DNA from: Tubiluchus corallicola
Taxonomy: Eukaryota > Animalia > Priapulida
NCBI GenBank assembly: GCA_030141605.1
Contig: JAQGDQ010000086.1
Coordinates: 367,418-431,417 of the forward strand
Length of the DNA stretch: 64,000 bases
Direction: 5' to 3'
Shown here: piece by piece, positions 30,701 to 40,417 of the stretch
Numbering within the stretch: position 1 is the first letter of the stretch
Layout of the letters: the number at the start of each line of letters is the position of its first letter
Position numbers and translations under genes: made by a program
Notes under the pieces: model-generated
Seen by the model: only the letters and a program-made list of their open reading frames with translations
Databases searched by the model: none
Told to the model about the DNA's origin: nothing

Positions 30701-31295
30701 TATATTGCGTCATTAAAAATCTTATATTATAGGTTTGAGGTGACCACATATGAGAACACAAATTGAAAAACAAAGTTGCTGTATTAACAATGTTGATTCA
30801 CAATACCAAACTGAAGTTCCTTTCTTAAACAATTTTTATTTACTTTTAAGCCCCAAAGCATGTCTGACCAGAGGTCTGTCGGGGGCTGGTCTGTGTGAGA
30901 TCTAATCCATCAAAGATCTGAATGGGCTGGATTTAGTCTTCCAGACTCAACCACAGACTATTTTTTTTATAATGCAGCATTTTCTGTGACATAACATTGC
31001 ATTGCTACACGACAACCGGTTTGTTACGTAATGAATTTAACGGTTTTCTACCTTTCTGCGCCGAGTCATAAAGCATCAAGTCATACTTTCCATCCGCACC
31101 AATTCTGTACTTTCCAGTAGTTCCAGAATCCCACAGGACATTGACCACACCTGATCGATCGTCTGGGTGAGATTCCTGCCCTGTTAAATAAATGGTTGTT
31201 CCCACAAAGCCTTCACCACCATCCTGGTTGTCATAATTCCAATCCGGACCACGAACAACTCGAATTCCTGCTGGAATCGCGTGTATGGTTCCCAT
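24542..31295 (-). CDS. MIB2: Mind bomb 2-like protein, ~510 aa, 10 exons: MIB/HERC2-ZZ-MIB/HERC2 + 3 Mib repeats; no ankyrin or RING domains
   Basis: Exons 31295-31052, 30427-30256, 30009-29903, 29004-28789, 28242-28001, 27879-27781, 27292-27157, 26189-26137, 25010-24912, 24706-24542 sum to 1533 nt and splice in phase. GIRVVRGPDW...QDGGEG, DLMLYDSAQKGVEH and RVGLQGKVDLK...YYPDHLAILG are closer to MIB2 than MIB1. Confidence 0.85.
24912..25010 (-). CDS. MIB2: MIB2-like exon 9, Mib repeat 3 (N-half)
   Basis: MLQVGDMVHICDNLETVRSVQAKNGIWTESMKM aligns to the Mib-repeat pattern [26 protein letters not shown]; 99 nt, like exon 6. Confidence 0.85.
26137..26189 (-). CDS. MIB2: MIB2-like exon 8, linker (ATQQDALKFRRNYSFMTM)
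   Basis: TTTCCAG acceptor, ATG|GTAGAT donor; supplies the phase 1 to 0 bridge needed between exons 7 and 9; no homology support. Confidence 0.6.
26680..27075. repeat. Degenerate ~54-bp tandem repeat (intronic)
   Basis: Unit ATGACACAGTGTTGGTGTTGTGAAACCTGACTCTGCCTAATGATGACAGTGACA recurs at e.g. 26837, 26891 and 26945. Confidence 0.85.
27157..27292 (-). CDS. MIB2: MIB2-like exon 7, Mib repeat 2 (C-half)
   Basis: ILGQTVEIQSTDKNGDVQVRFGKRSWTFNPDCL. Confidence 0.88.
27551..27659. mobile_element. Short hairpin (fold-back) MITE-like element
   Basis: AAGCTGTCACTAAGTTAACGATGTCGTT pairs imperfectly with AACGACGTCGTTAAGTTAATGACGGCTT. Confidence 0.55.
27781..27879 (-). CDS. MIB2: MIB2-like exon 6, Mib repeat 2 (N-half)
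   Basis: IFDENDIVLVINREERVRRLQYGHGGWQDGMSE; GAG|GTAAGT donor. Confidence 0.9.
28001..28242 (-). CDS. MIB2: MIB2-like exon 5, Mib repeat 1
   Basis: LQGGHGAW...LGRKGTVV...VWVEF...YSINPAALT. Confidence 0.9.
28789..29004 (-). CDS. MIB2: MIB2-like exon 4, rest of second MIB/HERC2 domain
   Basis: ...VMVIWKSSGKISSSRVGLQGKVDLKFKTATFGWNYYPDHLAIL; 216 nt, phase 1-1. Confidence 0.88.
29903..30009 (-). CDS. MIB2: MIB2-like exon 3, start of second MIB/HERC2 domain
   Basis: RVQVPRRRNSATIRAKGIFLGAGVVPGLDWEGDYSD; phase 2 to 1. Confidence 0.88.
30256..30427 (-). CDS. MIB2: MIB2-like exon 2, ZZ zinc finger
   Basis: GVEHTGVNCAACQEIGVKGTRWTCVECPNYDLCTPCYMSNQHFVDHAFFRID; not in the ORF track; canonical splice sites. 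Confidence 0.92.
31052..31295 (-). CDS. MIB2: MIB2-like exon 1, first MIB/HERC2 domain
   Basis: ATG at 31295; GIRVVRGPDWNYDNQDGGEGFVG; donor AAG|GTAGAA. Confidence 0.92.
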
Positions 31296-33160
31296 GTTCG
31301 CTTATATAGCATATCGGTTAACTGTCTTGACAATCACATCAGATCGTGTTGAAAATTGTCTTACCGCAATGTGTAGCCTAAATAACTTTTATCAGAGGTT
31401 CACTGTGTGTATATCTCATGCAATCAAATATAAAATGTAGACGACGGTCTACAGAGATTAATTCTTCGCGGCCAGATGTTTTGAGCTTTTTTAAAACTCA
31501 ACTGTTATCTGTTAATAATAAGCTTGACAGAAGCAAAAATAAATGCTTTTGCAGGCTGCATGTGAGACATTTTTATCGAACATTTATTGATTTTTGAAAA
31601 GCTCCTTTCAAATTGGCAAAAATGAATAATCGCTGGATTTTAGAAGTCTCATAATGTGAACTCACTTGCACGACTTTTCATATCATGTGCTGAAAAGCAT
31701 TAAGTTTTTGTAGCGCTCACAGCTTTAGCAATTTACACAAGTATCTTACAAGTAAGTATAACGTGTTACCACAGTACTCAAAAATTGCGGATTTGTGCAT
31801 TCATGTATCATTTCGCCTTTGATCACGAAGCTTGACACACCTGTAACATGAATATAAACGCAAACAACATTACTTTCGACAGCTAGGATTTTAAGCGATA
31901 ATGGTTTCAAAGTACGTGCCAGTATCAGCAGAAATGATTTTAGTACAAGTACTGTCAATCATTTATCTTGAAATGCCCATTTATATGGCAATAGTTTATC
32001 TTTTTTCAAGGTTATTCGGCAAAACTCGGCATACATGCCATTGAAAGTGAAACAGTTAATTTATGGACAAAACTGATAATTAGTTGCTAAATGAACTATA
32101 AACAATGCTGAACAATTCAAATAAATGAAACTGGCTGCTGTCGCGCACATGTTTCATAGAGAATAGCGCTAATAATTGCTATGTACATATATGTTACAAA
32201 TGTTGAAAATAATATTTTTTACATATTATATGTGAATGCTCATCAGATTTTAATAAAATTTATAATATTAGATCAAGGTGGCTGCCTTTTGGTTTTCTTT
32301 TTAAATTTTTATTACTACTTACAAGTGACAATAAAAAATTGTAACGTTGCTTAATTACTTGTGGTGCCTAACTTAACCTCTGAAGTGCAACAAATTGTCG
32401 ACAGATGGCGAAGCTATCCAATGACTGATTGATCATTAATCTACTTCGTCTGCTTGAGTCCAAGAAGCCCGGAATCTGGTTTTGAGCTCTTGCGGTTTGC
32501 CGACATTTGACCCCATTACAAAGTTGATGATTTGGACCGATTATGGATATTGCCCTCTTTGAAGTTCAGAGCTGTTACTGACGTTGCAGTAATAAAAACT
32601 GCTGTACAGTTTAGACATCAGCGCGTTTTAGCAGAAACAGAAATATGTCAATAAAAACTCTTCGAAAGAGAAACTATAGTGAAGCAAGCTGATACTGGAC
32701 TTTTACTAGTCACTTTCAAAAGTGCTTTATTTTTTTATTACAAGAATTGTCGATCTAGCTCATAATGTAGGTGTTTGTGTAATATGATATCTTTTGCTTT
32801 AAAAAATATTATATCATTTTATTTTGTTTAAAAAATTCGTATGACCCGAAAAAATTATTTGGGTATTTTTCTGAGCACTTAACAAGTTGTATATTCACGA
32901 AATCCAAGATAATCCATTGGATTGGACCATGCATTAAGATTACGTCAAAAGTCTCTTCTTCCCATATAATTACGTAAAACTCTTGAAACGACAAAAAAGC
33001 CGAGGCGGGGGGGGGGGTTCCTGCGTATATAGAGACACCGCAAAAACATTTAGCAAATACAACTCCAGATTTGCAGGTGATGTATCGTGGGCAGTGGACA
33101 GGAGTGCGTAACATCAGCACTTAGGGCGTACCATGTTTTAGAACATATAAGCACGCATAT

Positions 33161-33193
33161 GATGATGATGACGATGATGATGATGATGACGAT
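33161..33193. repeat. (GAT)n/(GAC) microsatellite
   Basis: Direct reading. Confidence 0.9.
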
Positions 33194-33532
33194 GCTCAAA
33201 TTAAACAACGATTACATTATATTCGACAGTTAACTGCAATACTTGCAATTGCTAAGGCTTCCGTAATTTAAAATGACAAGAAAGGTTAAACAGAACTGTC
33301 TTTTCGGTGTAACATTTGGCATGAACAAAATGCTATATTAACGTAACCATTATAACTGTCCAGTGATTTTAATCTGTGGTCAGAAAAACAAACTAGTTTC
33401 ATGAATGATTTATCATTTTAGCTTGGAGATTATTTATTTAAGAAGCAAAGTAAATAAACTCGAAATTATTAAATTTATGAGATCAATGTTGCGATTTCAG
33501 TTCATTCAGCTGCTGCGGTCTAAGAATTAGCC

Positions 33533-33539
33533 TATAAAA
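33533..33539 (+). promoter_or_regulatory. Possible TATA box upstream of the Cys-rich exon
   Basis: CCTATAAAAGGAGG consensus-like context; function unproven. Confidence 0.3.
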
Positions 33540-33814
33540 GGAGGCGACATTGAACTCGTTTTTCTTGAAAATTCGACACGTTTTGTGACGGTCTTGTCAA
33601 CAGGCAACACGAAATGTCTTCGGGTTGTTCTAAAAATAACAAACGAGCCCTATGCCTTATGGGACCCCAGCGTTTTTATATTGTCTATTACGTTAAACCT
33701 ACTCATTAACAACGAAACCCATTGAGCAGCTTTTACTATTCCATTCATACAGACTTGGTTTACTCAAATTTGTTTCTTTATTTAAACTCATACAGATTAC
33801 TGACTACTTGAGTT

Positions 33815-34010
33815 GCACAGCAGCAATAGCAGTAGCAGTGACAACAACTATAATGACAATGACAGCAGTGACAACAACAGCAGCAACAGTAACAAATAAC
33901 AGCAACAGCGACAACAACAACAGCAACAGCAGCAACAACAACAACAACAAACAGCAGTAACAATGTCAACAACTACAATGACAACGACGACGACGATTAC
34001 AACAACGACA
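33815..34010. repeat. Compound CAA/CAG/GAC trinucleotide microsatellite
   Basis: Direct reading. Confidence 0.9.
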
Positions 34011-34047
34011 TCGATTTATTGATTTCAACAGCTGTTGTATGTTCCAG

Positions 34048-34194
34048 GTTCATGCGTATTGTGTACAAGATGCGCTGGTACACTAGAAAATCTGGAAACA
34101 ATGAGGATTTGTGACGAAGATCCACCCACGCCTGTACCCTGCAACCAAACTAGAAATGAAAGATATTGCATGACCGTCCGCATTTACCATAATG
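34048..34194 (+). CDS. Orphan Cys-rich exon resembling the N-terminal half of a Ly6/uPAR (three-finger, quiver/sleepless-like) domain
   Basis: TTCCAG acceptor, ATG|GTAAGT donor, 147 nt, phase 1-1; VLCTRC-x12-C-x9-C-x8-CMTVR cysteine spacing. Flanking exons not confidently found. Confidence 0.45.
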
Positions 34195-34962
34195 GTAAGT
34201 ACATAACCAGCCGACGGAAACGGCAAGATGTGATTATTAGCTGACAACTCATTCAACGGCCTAATGCTATAAATTATGCAGGGACATTAATGCTTCACAC
34301 CTTTAAGTGCTTTTTTCTTTCTCAACATTACCTTTCTGAATTAATTATGCTCTATATTGGAGTTCATATGCCCAAGTAGTCGTTTGCGACGTGCCTAGTA
34401 AACTATGAATACCTCAATTATCTTTGTAAATAATTTTAATAGTATGTTTTAATTTGTTAATATCTGCTAATAGTATTTTAAACCAGACATTGCATCTCTG
34501 CTCCACATTTAGGCTTACTGCTATTAATGATAATTTCGTTTAGGACATAGTGCAGTGATAACGCTTTAAGTAATTCGATACTTATTTCTAAGGTGGTTCC
34601 GATTATTATTACCCGAATGTTACTTCAATAAATCTGCGTGCTTAGTCGAAGAACCAGCGGCACCATTGATTCCACAAATATTTCATAATTGATTCACCAA
34701 CCGCAATTAATTAGCACTAATACATAATTAAGTTTAACCAATAACCATTAAACTTCCTATCTTACATATAAAAATAATTTGCTTGTAGTGAGGCTGAGCC
34801 CATTTTCGAAATATTTATATTTAGCCAGGAAACGTTGTGTTGACTTTCTTTGTCATGATTTTTCTTTATTGCCTCATGTGGCAGACATGAGAAGCCTTTG
34901 ATTGTTGGACCTCTGCTAGTTGATCACACCGCTAATCTTTTGCTTCTAATGGAGCTGACCCT

Positions 34963-35270
34963 TTAAAGTAAAACCGGATCCAATCTTAAACTGTAGGTCA
35001 TAACAATCTACTCTTTAAAATATTGGATGGAAACATGTTATTTTTTCAAGAATGGCTTAAGTGAAAGAATTATTACTACACTAACACAATGTGCTGTGCT
35101 CAAGCATGATCTGTCGAACGTATGTATTTCATCACAAACTAACATATCTGAACTGAGAGGTACAGCACATGTTTTGTGTGCAATGCGTTTCCGAAATGCA
35201 GGCCCTAGTGCCCGTCTAATTAGCGAATGGCGAAATGCATGAAACAGTGAAGAACTAGTGCGTTAGTGTA
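34963..35270 (+). mobile_element. Family A non-autonomous element, 5' part
   Basis: 34963-35090 matches 44101-44226 directly; 35093-35262 matches 44240-44406 as reverse complement. Confidence 0.7.
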
Positions 35271-38200
35271 GAGTTCTGATTAATCCATGTGTCTGAAGCA
35301 TTTGTTTTCGCCTGTCTGCGTTTATTATTTGCAGGTTGTCTGTCTTGTTTGAAACGAGCGCTCACTCAGATATCAGTGGGGTGATGCCCATTTCCCCTCT
35401 TGCAAAGGTAAAGTTTTGACCAATGGCAGAAGAACGTAAAAATGGGGCATCTTCTATAGGGGAAGCACCAGCACTGCCAAGCGGATAAATGATGATACAA
35501 AAAAGGGCATTAAGTGTCAGAAAATCATGAGCATGAAAGGAAAAACAGGAAATTAATACGACATGAGCACTTTATCCAAGTAAAAACCAGAAAACATTAA
35601 CAAAACTCAAGAACATTTGAATGATATTAAAAATTGAAAACCTAAGAACAATTTATTTACAAATTATTTAACACAATTTTTGACTAGCAGTTACTATAAT
35701 TTCTGGTGAACAAAAACATTAAACGCGATCTTCAATCATTTGTTGGCTTAAATCTATGCACAGTTCTAAACTCTGGTATCAGTAAGGTTATTCATAGTCA
35801 AGCGATATTTTTAAAAGTCGATGATGTTGAATAAAACACGTTCATTAGGCAAATGTTTATACTGTGAAAAAACAATATTACACCGATTATTAAAAAATTT
35901 CGGTGGAGGCATTTAAAAGTATACAATGCAGTTTTTTATCACTATAATCCCTTTCGTTTGAGCATCAATGCAAGATTATTACACCTCTTTTTCATTAGCA
36001 ATTTTTGCAAAATAGGATAAGAGTGGTTTCACAGATGCCAACATAAAGCCCATTAAAAACAGTTAACTAGGAACCAATATTTATGGCATGTCATTTTTGA
36101 ACAAAAGCTTGGTAAAGCAAATAAGGGGTCACCAGTAGGAGTGACAATTAAGGCAAATGTACAAATTATACCAAAGTTTAATAAACGTAAAAGCCAAGCT
36201 TAACAACCCATGCTTTGTTTTAACATTTATGGGTAGCATTGAGTGATTTTGCAAATGGAGGATCAACAAATCAGCGACATTTATATAGTCATTTGGAAAA
36301 GTTTTGCACAATCTCTGACTACTCTATGACCACTAGAAGAACAACATATTAGATAACTACAATGCATAGAGTACAATAATACCATCAACTTAATGACACA
36401 GACATTCTATAACAGCAACGAATTTAAATTCTAGGCAGCCAATAATAAATTACATTGAATAATAAAATCTTTTCATCACACAGGCACCACATCACATATT
36501 CATCTATAAGGTATAAAAAAATCTATCATATAATTATAACGCCATAATTCAACAATTTATCTTCTATAAATATGGTGCTTGGTGCATTTATAATATAAAC
36601 AAGTGCGGAAGTCAAACGTTCATTCCGAAATGACTGCACAATACAGCACATTGACAATGATTATGTACATCTCTCATGCATGATTATTACTTACAATCCG
36701 TAGCAAGAATATGAATGCAAACAAGATACTGATAAAACACGATCATCAGCATAGAATAGATGACTTAGAAACAGCACTTATTAGAGTGGAATAAAACACC
36801 ATGTACTTTAAATTAAAATGAAAAGACTAGAGATTAATAGATAAAAGTTGTTAGGCATACACAAACTTCAGAGTAGAGTCATATGAACCTTCATTTGGTA
36901 TGAGTTGTGGCTCATCATACAAGGTTCATAAAGTCACCAAATTTTATTACTAAAAATTTTTTCGTGTTTCAGCACAAGTGTCTATCTTCAGCACAAAGTA
37001 ACACTTTGAATTAGTGTATTCCACTACTACAGAGAAAATTTGTTTCTAAAAACTGTCAAACAAACATGTATGATTGGACTAATAAGACAATGTTATACAT
37101 GTAGTACACAGCCTTTTTCTAGGGGTGTAGAGAAACAATGAAAAACTGCATAGAATAATTAGTACATCATAGGCCTGCTGAAATAATAGAGAATCTGTCA
37201 TGGCCGCACAGTTTAGTATGAAAGTCTCATACACCACAGCCTGCAGTCTGGAAGCAGTGAGCTGAAAATTCTGTGATTAATTTATTCAATTGAACTAAAT
37301 AACCTGGAAACTGACCAGACCTCAACCCCTCTAAACACATTTGAGCTATCCGGAAAAACAGACCGGAAGGTAAGACGATAAAAAACATACCATTAATCAC
37401 TACTCAACAGATAAGCTTGAGGTATCGCTAACTTGAGGGAGGACATTCAAGTCGCTGCTCCAGCCACATCCTCAAGATTGGTGGCTGTGCGAAACATACG
37501 AGGCTTCCATGCCAAATTTTGCGGGTGTGATAGATTCGCTACTCTTTGGGCAATCCTTTGATGTAATAAATTGTTTTACTTGTTGTTTTTGTACTCCATC
37601 AGCAAGAGCTTATGAACCACCCTGTATATGATGTTTAAACCTTTCTTGTGTTGCTGCAGTGACTAGATATTCCACTACAGGAAAAACTTAACCAACTACA
37701 AAAAATGGAGGATTTAAAGAAAAGTATGAGTTTTTACATCGAGATAAAGCATTATAGTTGCTAGGGAGAAGTGAATAAATAACACTGCTTTATTTACAAA
37801 TGAAATTAGCGATAAATAACAATAGCTCACAACAGACAAAATGACACAACGTACATTATTAAAAAGAATAAAAACAGGTTATTTTACAGGATTATTCACT
37901 CATTGACTGGTCAAAGTTTTTCAGTTCTGCGAGTTGTTGCTCCTTCTTTCAGAACTAAAGGAAACATTGCAATACTTTGGAATTTAATGAAACGTAAATC
38001 AACCGACGGAACTGAAATTTATGGGGCACTTGAAGACACAGTAAATCTAGCTGAAGCCCATTTCACTAAATCTGGCACAAGTTCAATTATGGTAAACTGT
38101 TCAAAACTTCTCACACAGAGTTGAAAGTTTGCAGTACAAGCATTGTTTGCAATTTGAGTTTAACGTAATTTATGTTACATTTCTGTGAAATGCAACCGTA

Positions 38201-38491
38201 CTGCAAAATGATTGCTGACAAACTGTATTACAGAAGAATTGCTGACAAAATAAGTGCGAGAACTAGTATTTCCAATTTGCTGATGGAGGCAGGAAGCCCG
38301 CAGTACTGACAAACTCAACAAGCATTTCAACAATACAATAACAATGCATTTTAACAGGATAAATTTAAATGTAGCAACCTTAACCATACCAACCTAGATG
38401 CCCCAACTTTTGTTATAGTATTTAGACAAAATCTAGTAAGCATGCTAGGCAATAAGTATCGCTGTACCCTATAGAATATCAAGTAACTCCC

Positions 38492-38611
38492 AGCATTTAT
38501 CATGCTACTCACAGCATTTATCATGTACTTGCAGCATTTATCATGTACTCACAGCATTTATCATGTACTCACAGCATTTACCATGCTACGTACAGCATTT
38601 ATCATGCTACT
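38492..38611. repeat. 19-21-bp tandem repeat, ~6 copies
   Basis: CAGCATTTATCATG(C)TACTCA units. Confidence 0.9.
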
Positions 38612-40318
38612 TCTCAGCTGATTGAAAGTCATTAAGCTTGCGTAAGAAGAATATGTAATTACATAATTAGTGCACTTTGTTCAAATAAAAGTCATTTCAT
38701 AGGGCACCGCGATACTTACATTTAGATGGACCCCAGTTTCTCATCTTCACCGACACCAAATCAAAAATCTAAAACATAAAGAACAAAACAACGAACAAAC
38801 CAAATAGACTTGCCAGACATCAAAAAGAAACAAACACAAACAATTGCAGAGCTGGCGCATGTATGCTGCTCCCAGGTTTCGAAAAGTTGGCAGCAAATTC
38901 TCTTAATTTAGTATGTTACAAAGATAATTTTCCAACTTATTTATCAAGAAACGATCAAGAGCTGCAGTATTATTATGACTGACGGTGTTGCTGCAATTGC
39001 TGAAAGAAATTTGATGGTTTTTGCTATTAAATGCAGATTGATGAGATGCAGCACAAAAATGCGTAAACGTAACACAGTTCATTAAGAACAAAGCAAAACA
39101 AAGAAATTTAATACTGATAAGGCGAACAAAAAAAGGGGGGGGGGAGAAATAACCACAAAAGAACACAGCCTACCGTGTCGTGATCATTCTTAAATACACA
39201 AAGAACACGTGCAGTTTGTACAGCACAGACAATAGATTTCCAACGCAATGAGGCAAAAATTTCAAATTTTGACGTTAATTTCGCACGTGATACGCTGCAT
39301 TTCAAGGATCAAATAAGTATTAGATGAAGAAAGACCCTTGGAGTAAGCTAATCCATCACTGCACTGGATTGGGAGTTATGAATGTACTGTAATTGTTTCA
39401 TTAATTTCACAATTACATTACGCAATGTTCTTAAACCAACAAAGAAGCCAAGAAATGATTCAGCTACGAGGCCAGCTATGACATATACACAGATACACTG
39501 CAAAAACATTTTGCAAATACAGAATTTTAGCATTTGAACGACAGTGTATCGCGGGCAGCAGCAGCAGATAGGAAGGCATCCAGCATCAACAGATGAGTCA
39601 TGCCATGTTTAAGAACGTATAAATATAAAAACGAAGATGGCTGCACTTTTTTTTAATTGAGTTAATTTTTTCGAGGTTCCAGAAACCGAAATCTAGATAA
39701 GCTTAACAAACAAAAACGATAACAGCCATGTCTTAACAAAGGAAGCTGTGCCCATGGCACAATTTTTCTTCGAATAAAAGTAGGTTTGGTGCATACTGCA
39801 TTTATCGTAGGCACAAAAATTAATACATTATGTTCAATACTTGGCACTCAATTTTTTGAAAAATCCAAAAAGGCATTTATTTACTACCTAGAGGTATGAA
39901 CAGGTACCAATTTTCTACAAGTATGTTAAAGAAAAGCACACGGTACAGCGAAAACGTGAGAAATTTGTGCTATGCGTGTTCAAAAATTTACAACGAACAT
40001 GATAGGATAGCATAAGATGAACAAAAAATAAGTTTCAAGAAGGTAAAAACCTTTTTTTCTTAGGCACATTGCACTTTAATTAATTTCTCTTTCTATCGTG
40101 TGAAAGAGAAAAAAATTATTGAGCAAAAATTTTGCAGGCTTGATAAGATTTCTTACTGCCAGTCTATCTTCAAAATGAAAAAATCAATTCATACAAGGTA
40201 ATGGTACGCAGATTTAGATATGATTACACAGCAGTCAGAAACCATTGCCTGTGCTGCATGCTGCACGGGTCTATATGTACGTATAGGGGCCATCGGTTAA
40301 GGTGCTACAATGCAATAG

Positions 40319-40417
40319 TCAGGCATCCGTCTCGCGATTCACGGCACTCCAGCGTGTCTTCTGTTTATTGTGCTTCTCTAAGCATCCCTTTGGATCAAAC
40401 TGCTGCAAAACAAACAC
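40319..40417 (-). CDS. KCNMA1: Slo1 terminal coding exon ([11 protein letters not shown]...RETDA*)
   Basis: TTCCAG acceptor, phase 0; matches the (V/I)FxLxQFDP end of Slo1; TGA at 40319-40321. Confidence 0.85.
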   Translation of the reverse strand: MFVLQQFDPKGCLEKHNKQKTRWSAVNRETDA

